Part shown: in pieces, positions 56,567 to 64,000 of the stretch
Layout of the letters: each line of letters begins with the position of its first letter
Position numbering within the stretch: the stretch's first letter is position 1
Source of the DNA: Lysobacterales bacterium
Lineage (GTDB): Bacteria; Pseudomonadota; Gammaproteobacteria; Xanthomonadales; SZUA-36
DNA: 64,000 nucleotides
NCBI GenBank assembly: GCA_035267185.1
Contig: DATFLY010000127.1
Span: 27,894-91,893 of the forward strand
Reading direction: 5' to 3'
Notes under the pieces: model-generated
Databases searched by the model: none
Seen by the model: the letters and a program-made list of their open reading frames with translations, nothing else
What the model was told of the DNA's origin: nothing
Program-made: the position numbers and the translations under genes

Positions 56567-56581
56567 CCGTAAAACCGGCTA
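56564..56581. terminator. Short hairpin TAGCCG-taaaac-CGGCTA between convergent der and gpx. Both stop codons lie in the stem.
   Basis: Read directly from the sequence. The stem is only 6 bp and there is no T-run, so terminator function is doubtful. Confidence 0.25.
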
Positions 56582-57067
56582 GAGCCTCCAGGCGGACAGG
56601 TTCTGTTCGATGATTCTGCGAAATTCGCTGTCATCAGGAGCCACCTCGGATGGCCAGGTTTCAACCAGGTCGCCGTCTTTCCCAAACAGGTACTTGCAGA
56701 AGTTCCAGCGGGGCAATACATCTTCGGTGAATTCTTCAACCATTGCCACGAACATGGGGTGAGCATCAGGCCCATTGAAAGTCTGTTTTGAAGTCATGGG
56801 AAAAGTGACATCAAACTTTTGAGTGCAAAACGACTTGATCTCTGCTTCGCTGCCAGGTTCCTGGCCGCCGAAATCATTGCTGGGCATACCAATCAGTACC
56901 AGGCCGGACTGGTGGTATTCGTGATACAAGCGCTGGAGTTTTTCGTATTGCGGCGTGTATCCGCACTCCGAGGCTGTATTCACAAGCAGTATCGGTTGTC
57001 CACGCCAGCGCTCCAACGGCATGGTGGCATCATCGATCGATCGAAAGGTGTATTCGTAAATATTCAT
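56579..57067 (-). CDS. Glutathione peroxidase (Cys-type)
   Basis: LLVNTASECGYTPQY, LGMPSNDFGGQEP and WNFCKYL motifs are present. Confidence 0.9.
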   Translation of the reverse strand: MNIYEYTFRSIDDATMPLERWRGQPILLVNTASECGYTPQYEKLQRLYHEYHQSGLVLIGMPSNDFGGQEPGSEAEIKSFCTQKFDVTFPMTSKQTFNGPDAHPMFVAMVEEFTEDVLPRWNFCKYLFGKDGDLVETWPSEVAPDDSEFRRIIEQNLSAWRL

Positions 57068-57134
57068 TTATTTTCTTCACAAATTCTAACCCAGCGGGTT
57101 TTCTAATGCTTTTGATCCGGTACAATTCTCCGCC

Positions 57135-58016
57135 ATGAGTAAAACCGCAAAAATTCTCGATGGGCTGGAAGTCAGTAAGGCTATCATCGCGACGGTCCGC
57201 AAAGCGATAGAAAAGCATGTCGAAAAGGGTGGAAAACGCCCGGGGCTGGCGGTTGTGCTGGTCGGTAATGACCCGGCCTCGGCAGTTTATGTTCGTGCCA
57301 AGCGGCGGGATTGTGAAAAGGCCGGGATCATCGCCCGGGATTTTGACCTCCCGGATACAACCACCCAGGATGAATTGCTCGGCCTGATTGACCAGCTCAA
57401 TAACGACCCGGATATTCACGGCATCCTGGTTCAGTTGCCTTTGCCCGGACACATCAGGGAATCTGCCGTGACCAACAGCATCATGTGGCAAAAGGATGTT
57501 GACGGCTTTCACGCCTTCAATGTCGGAAAACTCGCGCTCAGGCAGCCTGGGTTAAGGCCATGTACTCCAAGAGGTGTCATGAGTTTGCTTGGCTATTACG
57601 GCATCAAGGTGATTTACAAGCATGCAGTGGTCGTAGGCGCTTCCAATATCGTTGGCAGGCCGATGTCTCTTGAGCTTCTGTACCAGGGCGCGACAGTGAC
57701 AACAGCGCACAGATTTACCAATGACCTCGAATCTCTAGTTCGGCAGGCCGATCTTTTGATCAGTGCCATAGGTAAACGCGGCATCATCAGTTCTGACTGG
57801 ATTCCCGATGATTGTATTGTTGTAGACGTCGGCATTAATCGAACATCAAAAGGTAAACTGACCGGCGATATCGATTACCAGCCGGCAGCTCAAAAAGCAT
57901 CCTGGATCAGTCCTGTCCCCGGTGGTGTCGGGCCGATGACCAGGGCCACGCTGATGCAAAACACAGCGGAAGCAGCAGGGATCGAAATCGTACTGCCAAC
58001 CAAAAAGGACGTCTAG
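57135..58016 (+). CDS. folD: Bifunctional methylenetetrahydrofolate dehydrogenase/cyclohydrolase
   Basis: PGLAVVLVGNDPASAVYV, HGILVQLPLP, VVGASNIVGRP and PVPGGVGPMT. Confidence 0.95.
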   Translation: MSKTAKILDGLEVSKAIIATVRKAIEKHVEKGGKRPGLAVVLVGNDPASAVYVRAKRRDCEKAGIIARDFDLPDTTTQDELLGLIDQLNNDPDIHGILVQLPLPGHIRESAVTNSIMWQKDVDGFHAFNVGKLALRQPGLRPCTPRGVMSLLGYYGIKVIYKHAVVVGASNIVGRPMSLELLYQGATVTTAHRFTNDLESLVRQADLLISAIGKRGIISSDWIPDDCIVVDVGINRTSKGKLTGDIDYQPAAQKASWISPVPGGVGPMTRATLMQNTAEAAGIEIVLPTKKDV

Positions 58017-58027
58017 ACCAGTCTCTT

Positions 58028-58936
58028 TTACGAGTCGCGTCGATTTTCCAGCTCAGCCCTGAATTCTGAGACCTGGTCATCACTCAGGGATTCACCTTCC
58101 GGATAGGGAAGCGGCAACGCACTCATTGCCTGCTTGATGGTTTCTGCGATTTTCCAGCGGGCATACCACCTTTCATCAGCCGGAATACAGAACCAGGGAG
58201 CCCAGGGCCGCGATGTTTCGTTGAACATTTGCAATACAGCCTGATCGTATTGATCCCTCAAACGGGCTTCCCTGAGATCACCGGTCGAAAACTTCCAGCG
58301 TTTTTCAGGGTCATCCAGTCTTTCCAGAAACCTGCGAGCTTGTCTCTGAGGCGAGACGTTCAGCCAGAATTTCAATACCAGTGTATTTGATTGCGCAAGA
58401 TGTAATTCGTGTTCGCGAATGGCCTGGTAACGAGCCGGCCAAAGTGTTTCTACCGGAGGTGGGTAGCCAGCATATTGTGAGTCGAGATAGCCGGGGTGAA
58501 CGCGCACCACCAGGACTTCTTCATAATAGCTGCGGTTGAAAATGCCGATTTCGCCATCCCTGGGCAATGCTTTGCTGGTGCGCCACAGAAAGTCATGCTC
58601 CACTTCCTGTTCGCTAGGACTCTTGAATGAAGTAACTTTCAGTCCGCCAGGATTGACACCTTTAAACACCTCCCTGACCGCGCCGTCTTTACCTGCTGCA
58701 TCAAGCGCCTGGAATATCGCCAGGACGCTGAAACGTTTGGAGGCCTGCAATGCCTGCTGCAGTTCCCTGATGTCTTTTCGCGATTCGCGTGTCTGGTCTT
58801 TTGAGTCTTTCCATTGTTCCACGGGCATGTAAGTGTCAGGCGCTGCCTGCAATCCGGCGTCATACGCAATTCGGAAAGTTGAATCCGTCGCCGCTATGGC
58901 TTTGCCAATGGCGGGTTGAAACCAGGGCTGTTTCAC
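58028..58936 (-). CDS. Polyphosphate kinase 2 (PPK2) family protein
   Basis: VLAIFQALDAAGKDG (Walker A-like), FLWR, GIFNRSYYE and the lid region, in a single PPK2 domain. Confidence 0.85.
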   Translation of the reverse strand: MKQPWFQPAIGKAIAATDSTFRIAYDAGLQAAPDTYMPVEQWKDSKDQTRESRKDIRELQQALQASKRFSVLAIFQALDAAGKDGAVREVFKGVNPGGLKVTSFKSPSEQEVEHDFLWRTSKALPRDGEIGIFNRSYYEEVLVVRVHPGYLDSQYAGYPPPVETLWPARYQAIREHELHLAQSNTLVLKFWLNVSPQRQARRFLERLDDPEKRWKFSTGDLREARLRDQYDQAVLQMFNETSRPWAPWFCIPADERWYARWKIAETIKQAMSALPLPYPEGESLSDDQVSEFRAELENRRDS

Positions 58937-58939
58937 AAT

Positions 58940-60220
58940 TTAATCTCTCTCAAGAATAGCAGTGACACCCATTCCGCCGGCAGCACATACTGAAATCAAG
59001 CCCCGGCCAGATCCTTCCTGTTCAAGAATTTCACTCAATGTGGCCACGATCCGCGCGCCAGTCGCTGCAAAAGGATGACCCACTGCAAGACTGCTTCCAC
59101 GTGTGTTCAGTTTCTTGCGATCAATCTGACCCAGCGGTTCATCGAGACCCAGGCGATCACGACAATAATCTTCGGATTCCCACGCTTTGAGTGTGCAAAG
59201 CACCTGTGCCGCGAAAGCCTCGTGAATTTCATAAAAATCGAAGTCCTGCAACGACAGCCCGGATGCCTTCAGCATCTCTGCAACAGCGATCGCAGGTGCC
59301 ATCAGCAGGCCCTCATCGTTCACGAAGTCGACTGACGCTGAACGTCCGGCCGTCAGATAAGCCTGAACGGGCAGGCCGCGCTCCCTGGCCCAGTCTTCTG
59401 ATGCAAGCAATACTGAGGCTGCACCGTCAGTCAAAGGCGTGCTGTTGCCGGCAGTCAGTGTGGCGTCCTTCCTTCGTGAAAATGCAGTTCTCAGACCTTC
59501 CATCTGCTCCATACTTGAATCTGCACGAATGTTGCCGTCACGGGCCAGGCCATTCCAGGGTTGAACCAGGTCATCGTAGAAGCCTTCATCGTAGGCCCTG
59601 GCCGCATTGCGATGGCTTTCCAGTGCAAGACGATCCTGCGCTTCTCTCTCGATACCCCACTCTCTTGCCATTCGTTCACAATGCTGTCCCATTGAGAGGC
59701 CGGTTCTGGGTTCACCATTGGTAGGTGATTGTGGCTTGAGTTCGCCAAATGACATTCCCTTGAACGCCCCAAGCCGCTGTCCTGCCGAGCGCGCCGTGCT
59801 GGCCTTGATCAGGCGTCCTGCAAACTTGTCGCCAAACACGATGGGGGCATCGGACGTGGTGTCTGAACCAGCGGCGATGGCGCAATCAATCTGGCCAGTG
59901 GCAATCTTTGCACCGAGGCTGAGTGCTGCCTGGAGGCTGGTGCCACATGCTTGCTGCACGGTGATGCCGGTCGTCAATGGCGACAATGATGTTGAAAGGA
60001 CTGCCTCTCGTGCAAGGTTGAAGTCACGCGAATGTGAAATCACGGCACCAGCCATGACCTCGTCAATCTGTGTGCCTTTCAGTTCAAAACGCCCAACCAG
60101 GCCCTCTATGGCGGCAGAAAGCATATCCAGGTTGGATTTTTTTGCATAATTTTTGTGAGAGCGCGCAAAAGGGATTCGGCTGCCGCCGATGACAGCAACT
60201 CTTCTGGTGTTCTGGTTCAT
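58940..60220 (-). CDS. Acetyl-CoA C-acyltransferase (3-ketoacyl-CoA thiolase, FadI/FadA-like)
   Basis: Active-site Cys context (VQQACGTSLQA) and the C-terminus (GHPFAATGARI...CAAGGMG). Confidence 0.85.
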   Translation of the reverse strand: MNQNTRRVAVIGGSRIPFARSHKNYAKKSNLDMLSAAIEGLVGRFELKGTQIDEVMAGAVISHSRDFNLAREAVLSTSLSPLTTGITVQQACGTSLQAALSLGAKIATGQIDCAIAAGSDTTSDAPIVFGDKFAGRLIKASTARSAGQRLGAFKGMSFGELKPQSPTNGEPRTGLSMGQHCERMAREWGIEREAQDRLALESHRNAARAYDEGFYDDLVQPWNGLARDGNIRADSSMEQMEGLRTAFSRRKDATLTAGNSTPLTDGAASVLLASEDWARERGLPVQAYLTAGRSASVDFVNDEGLLMAPAIAVAEMLKASGLSLQDFDFYEIHEAFAAQVLCTLKAWESEDYCRDRLGLDEPLGQIDRKKLNTRGSSLAVGHPFAATGARIVATLSEILEQEGSGRGLISVCAAGGMGVTAILERD

Positions 60221-62190
60221 GATTGCTCTCCCTTCTGGTCGAGGTAGTGCATGGGACCGCCCCTGAACGGCGCAAAACCTGTGCCAAACACCATGCCGGC
60301 ATCAAGTACATCCTTGTCTTCGACGATTCCATCTGCCAGGCAGGCCCGGCATTCTTCAAAGTAGGGCTCCATCAGCGATTCGGCCAGCGTGCCGAGGTTG
60401 GTTCCTTCTACAGCATCCTTGTCCTTGACTGGCTTGCCGTCTTTCCAGACATAAAAACCCTCACCGGATTTCTTGCCCAGTTTGCCCTTGTCAACCATGG
60501 ACTTGAGTGTTTCGGCCTCACTTTTCGCTGCTTCACCTCCAAGCATCCCGATGACGTGTAATCCCACATCCAGTCCGACTGTGTCGGCCAGTTCCACCGG
60601 GCCCATTGGCATACCAAACTCACGGGCTGCAGCATCAATTGCCTCAATGGGTACACCCTGTTCCTGGTGAATTTGCATTGCCTTGCGCATGTAGGGAGCA
60701 AGAACCCGGTTCACCAGGAATCCGGGGCTGCTCTTGACCGGCAGTGGAAAGCGGTTGATCTGTCCACAGAACGACCCGCCGCGCCTGATCTGTTCGTGAT
60801 CGGTCTCTTTGCCATAAACAATTTCAACAAGTGGCATTTTTGCCACCGGGTTGAAAAAGTGAAGACCAATCAGTCTTTCCGGTTTTTCAAGAACGGTTGC
60901 CAGTTCGGATAAAGGAATGGCTGATGTATTTGTAGCCAGGATGGCATCGGACTTCATCCGGGGTTCGATGTCCGCAAACAGACTTCTCTTGGCTTCTGCA
61001 TTTTCAAAAATCGCTTCAATGATGACATCAGCGCGGGCCACTCCGTTTCCTTCAACATCCGGAATCAGTCGGCTTTTGGCACCGGCAACAAGATCCGGGC
61101 TGCGAAGCTTTTTCCTAAATAGTTTTGCTGCGCGTTTCAGGGCGGGTTCGACATACTTCATTTCACGATCCTGAAGTGTCACCTCCAGGCCCTGGAGAAC
61201 ACACCATGCAGCGATATCGCCTCCCATCACTCCAGCACCAATGACGTGAACACGCCGTGCTTTGAATTCTGAATCCTTGCCAAAACCCTTGAGTCGTTCC
61301 ATGAGGAAAAACACCCTTCGCAGACCTTTTGAGGAATCTGTCGTGATTAACCGCCCGACCCGTTCCGCCTCCTCATCCAGCATGTCACCGAAGTCATCAC
61401 CGTGTCGTTCCCACGCATCAATCAACTCAAAGGGAGCAGGGTAGTGACGCGGATTGGCACGGGCTGAAGTCTTTTTCCGCATGACATTTGAAAGCCAGCC
61501 ACGGAAAGGGGAGGCATTGCTGGTGCGCGCTACGAATCCGGGTTTTCGACTTTTTTTCTTTTTTAGTACGGCTCGACGGCCGGCCCAGCGTAATGATTTG
61601 TGTATGCCAACCAGCTCATCAACCAGACCTGCGGCTCGTGCGGCTCCTGGTCGAAGGTTTCGTGTTGAAAGCATGATTTCCATGGCCTTCATGCCGCCTA
61701 TCTGGCGTGTAGAGCGTGCACTGCCACCAAACCCGGGATAGATTCCAAGCTTGATTTCAGGAAACCCGAGGCGTGTTTTTTCATCATTTCGAACGATGCG
61801 ATAATCAAAGGCCAAAGCGAGCTCAAGGCCACCCCCAAGGCAAAATCCTTCGATGATGACTGCGGTTGGAAAGCTCAATTTTTCAATTCGATCAAACAGG
61901 GCATGAACCTCACGAATCGAGGCGGATGCTGCAGCCGGGTCTTCGACATCATCAAATTCACGAACGTCAGCACCGACAATGAAACTTCCGGGCTTGCCGG
62001 ATTGCAGGACCAATCCTGCTGGCGGTTGTTTTTCCAGCTGACTGACAATTTCTTCCAGTTCTGCCAGGACTTCCCTGGACAGGCTGTTGGTGTTTTCGTC
62101 TTTCCTGTCCAATGTCAGCCAGGTGATCTGATCAATGTCAGATTCCAGACTCCAATGACGGTAGCTCATGGCGTTTTCGCCTTCACTCAT
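60217..62190 (-). CDS. Fatty-acid oxidation multifunctional enzyme (enoyl-CoA hydratase + 3-hydroxyacyl-CoA dehydrogenase; FadJ/FadB-like)
   Basis: N-terminal crotonase fold (GFCLGGGLELALA), NAD-binding HVIGAGVMGGDIA, and HFFNPV. The stop overlaps the thiolase start. Confidence 0.85.
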   Translation of the reverse strand: MSEGENAMSYRHWSLESDIDQITWLTLDRKDENTNSLSREVLAELEEIVSQLEKQPPAGLVLQSGKPGSFIVGADVREFDDVEDPAAASASIREVHALFDRIEKLSFPTAVIIEGFCLGGGLELALAFDYRIVRNDEKTRLGFPEIKLGIYPGFGGSARSTRQIGGMKAMEIMLSTRNLRPGAARAAGLVDELVGIHKSLRWAGRRAVLKKKKSRKPGFVARTSNASPFRGWLSNVMRKKTSARANPRHYPAPFELIDAWERHGDDFGDMLDEEAERVGRLITTDSSKGLRRVFFLMERLKGFGKDSEFKARRVHVIGAGVMGGDIAAWCVLQGLEVTLQDREMKYVEPALKRAAKLFRKKLRSPDLVAGAKSRLIPDVEGNGVARADVIIEAIFENAEAKRSLFADIEPRMKSDAILATNTSAIPLSELATVLEKPERLIGLHFFNPVAKMPLVEIVYGKETDHEQIRRGGSFCGQINRFPLPVKSSPGFLVNRVLAPYMRKAMQIHQEQGVPIEAIDAAAREFGMPMGPVELADTVGLDVGLHVIGMLGGEAAKSEAETLKSMVDKGKLGKKSGEGFYVWKDGKPVKDKDAVEGTNLGTLAESLMEPYFEECRACLADGIVEDKDVLDAGMVFGTGFAPFRGGPMHYLDQKGEQS

Positions 62191-62274
62191 TTCAGATTCC
62201 TTATTCCGTACGGTCGAGTATGGTGATCAAGAATTATAAAAGATGGCGTCCTGCAGAACCAATTTCCAGTGCCG

Positions 62275-62850
62275 CTAGGGCAAAGAATATCCGGCTTTTC
62301 TCAACAATCTTGCAGTTTCAATCAGGGGCAGGCCGACTATGGCGGTAGGATCCTGACTGAAAACAGACTCAAACAGGCTGATTCCCAGTGCTTCAGCCCG
62401 AAAACTGCCTGCACAGCCAAAAGGCTTGTCAATATCCACATAACGAGCGATTTCGGCTTCGTTGAGTTGACGAAATTCCGCGGTTGTCTCAACCAGGGCA
62501 TGTCCAATCTCGTTGTCTCTGCTCATGACCGCGACAGCAGTCAGGAAATGAACACATCCACCACTGTACCGAAGAAGGTTTTGTATTGCGGTTTCACGGT
62601 TGCCTGGTTTGCCGATCAGGTGGCCCTGGTAAACTGCAACCTGGTCAGATCCGATGATGGTGCAATCGGGATGCGCAGCTGCGACCGCCTGGGCTTTGTG
62701 CACTGCAAGCCTGATTGCGAGATCATGAGGCAGCTCGGCATCAAGCGGTGATTCATCGATTTCCGGTGAAACCTGATCGAAAGGAATACCCAGTCTTTTG
62801 AGCATTGAAGCCCTGTAGGGGCTTGATGAAGCTAATATAAGTCGATCCAA
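62275..62850 (-). CDS. Maf-like nucleoside triphosphate pyrophosphatase (YceF type)
   Basis: LILASSSPYR..L..L, IGSDQV and GAYGIQ-like (AGSFRAE) motifs. Its position divergent from yceD-rpmF-plsX supports the call. Confidence 0.85.
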   Translation of the reverse strand: MDRLILASSSPYRASMLKRLGIPFDQVSPEIDESPLDAELPHDLAIRLAVHKAQAVAAAHPDCTIIGSDQVAVYQGHLIGKPGNRETAIQNLLRYSGGCVHFLTAVAVMSRDNEIGHALVETTAEFRQLNEAEIARYVDIDKPFGCAGSFRAEALGISLFESVFSQDPTAIVGLPLIETARLLRKAGYSLP

Positions 62851-62893
62851 GGGTGTCTCGCAGTCAGTTTTTGTAGTAAAATTGCCGGTTTGC

Positions 62894-62921
62894 TTAAAAC
62901 GCTCTTGTTAAAATGCTCTTG
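62894..62921. repeat. Tandem 14-bp direct repeat TTAAAACGCTCTTG / TTAAAATGCTCTTG in the maf/yceD divergent intergenic region
   Basis: Read directly from the sequence. There is one mismatch between the two units. The confidence refers to the repeat being present; its function is unknown. Confidence 0.6.
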
Positions 62922-63034
62922 CCTCGGGCCAGACATTAAAACACGAAGTGACTGATTATTTGTCAGCTCATTCCTGAAATTGGTGGTTTGATCATCCAGG
63001 GTGAGGAAATTTACTGAGCAGGGATTGTGAAGCG

Positions 63035-63553
63035 ATGTCGAGGGAATTTCCAGACTTTGTCGAACCCTGGAGAATGGCGGATGGTCGCCGGTCGATTGGT
63101 GGCACCATACCACTGGCACGACTGAAGCGCTTATTGCCTTTGTTGGATTCATCGGATGGCGACGCCACTTTCAGGCTGAATTTTGGCTACGACGCTCAAC
63201 AAAGAGCGGTGGTGACCGTAAAAGTCGAGGCTGAGCTGAAGCTGATTTGCCAGACAAGCCTTGAGCCTTATTTTGAGAATGTTCGGCAACGTTCGGAATT
63301 GCTGATCATTTCAGACCAGGCGGACCAGGCAAATCTTTCTGAACAGGAAGAGTTTTTGCTGGTAGATGAAGGTCGGTTTGCCGTGGCGGACCTTGTTGAA
63401 GATGAGTTACTGCTCGCTGTTCCGCAGATTCCCAGGAATCCGGAACTGAACTCTGAGGCGGGCTACGTCGTCAGCGAAGAGTCTGGGGAAGAGAATATTC
63501 AACGGCCATTTGAGTCGTTGGCGGAATTAATGAAAAATCGGGCAAAACAGTAA
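63035..63553 (+). CDS. yceD: YceD (DUF177) large-ribosomal-subunit RNA accumulation protein
   Basis: 172 aa with an acidic C-terminus. It sits immediately upstream of rpmF-plsX, as in most bacteria. Confidence 0.8.
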   Translation: MSREFPDFVEPWRMADGRRSIGGTIPLARLKRLLPLLDSSDGDATFRLNFGYDAQQRAVVTVKVEAELKLICQTSLEPYFENVRQRSELLIISDQADQANLSEQEEFLLVDEGRFAVADLVEDELLLAVPQIPRNPELNSEAGYVVSEESGEENIQRPFESLAELMKNRAKQ

Positions 63554-63618
63554 AGCGAATTGCGTATTACGAATTGCAAATAGAGTTTTGGAATTTTGGA
63601 TTGACCAGGAGTATTGAG

Positions 63619-63813
63619 ATGGCTGTACAAAAAAGTAAGAAAACACCGTCACGTCGCGGAATGCGACGTTCGCATGATTCACTCAGCGCGCCAACGCTTT
63701 CAGTTGAGCCCACGACGGGTGAAACGCACAGGCGTCATCACGTAAGCCCGGAAGGATATTACAAAGGCAAGAAAGTCATCGAGCGGAACGTTCCCGAGTT
63801 CGACGAAGACTGA
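63619..63813 (+). CDS. rpmF: 50S ribosomal protein L32
   Basis: [22 protein letters not shown]...[14 protein letters not shown] closely resembles E. coli L32. The track ORF from 63574 is an upstream extension. Confidence 0.95.
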   Translation: MAVQKSKKTPSRRGMRRSHDSLSAPTLSVEPTTGETHRRHHVSPEGYYKGKKVIERNVPEFDED

Positions 63814-63839
63814 AACTGAGCGAACAGCAGCCCGGCTTT

Positions 63840-64000
63840 ATGGCTGATAAAAACAAGGCTGTTATAGCGGTTGACGCGCATGGTGGTGATCACGGTCTGG
63901 ATGTAACACTTCCGGCCACTCTGGACGCCCTGGAGGCAGACCACCATCTTGAGATACGAATGCTTGGCCGCCAGGCTGATTTTGATCAGTTCCTGGCGGC
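63840..64000 (+). CDS. plsX: Phosphate acyltransferase PlsX. This is the 5' part of the gene; it runs off the right edge of the window.
   Basis: My manual translation is MADKNKAVIAVDAHGGDHGLDVTLPATLDAL.... The IAVDAMGGDHG-type N-terminus and the position after rpmF support the call. Confidence 0.85.
   Translation, partial: MADKNKAVIAVDAHGGDHGLDVTLPATLDALEADHHLEIRMLGRQADFDQFLA

Noticed and set aside
56579-57067. Possible selenocysteine (UGA) recoding in the glutathione peroxidase gene.
   Set aside because: The ORF is uninterrupted and the catalytic position is an ordinary Cys codon (ASECGYT). No in-frame UGA or SECIS-like requirement is present.
1-64000. A whole-window check for rRNA or tRNA genes, CRISPR arrays, IS elements, integrases, prophage remnants, toxin-antitoxin pairs or known defence genes.
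   Set aside because: No intergenic gap exceeds about 330 nt. None shows cloverleaf-like or repeat-spacer structure, and no ORF has transposase, integrase, nuclease-helicase or other defence-type motifs that I could recognise. A covariance-model scan (tRNAscan/Infernal) was not possible here, so a small ncRNA cannot be excluded.

Overview
The window reads as an ordinary core chromosomal segment of a gammaproteobacterium (roughly 50% GC by eye), with gene order resembling Pseudomonas and Xanthomonas. About 60 protein genes are densely packed and mostly housekeeping. Reading left to right: metH (5' part) with an upstream ArsR-methyltransferase fusion; an acyl-CoA dehydrogenase - NAD-glutamate dehydrogenase - NAD kinase string; gcdH; an amaB-pyrD-murB-M28 peptidase string; rpoE/algU-rseA-rseB-rseC-degP; lepA-lepB-DUF4845-rnc-era-recO-pdxJ; a ydbH-like/ydbL pair; rlmD-nagZ-hpt-MTA/MTI phosphorylase; lexA-imuA-imuB; a MoxR-DUF58-transglutaminase-LemA-DUF2207 string; a patatin gene; fadE; ndk-rlmN-pilW-rodZ-hisS-yfgM-bamB-der; gpx; folD; PPK2; a thiolase and multifunctional beta-oxidation enzyme; maf; and yceD-rpmF-plsX (5' part). 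I found no rRNA, tRNA, CRISPR array, transposase, integrase or phage genes, and no obvious compositional island. I do not see a convincing stand-alone novel system. The best candidates for follow-up are: (1) the five-gene, apparently translationally coupled MoxR-DUF58-TgpA-LemA-DUF2207 unit; (2) a kinase-fold protein with a degenerate Nudix-like N-terminal domain between nadK and a 5'-nucleotidase; (3) a ydbH-ydbL locus lacking a separate ynbE, where YdbL carries a lipoprotein N-terminal extension; and (4) a lexA-imuA-imuB SOS cassette with no dnaE2. All functional calls come from reading the supplied translations and recognising motifs. No database search was run.
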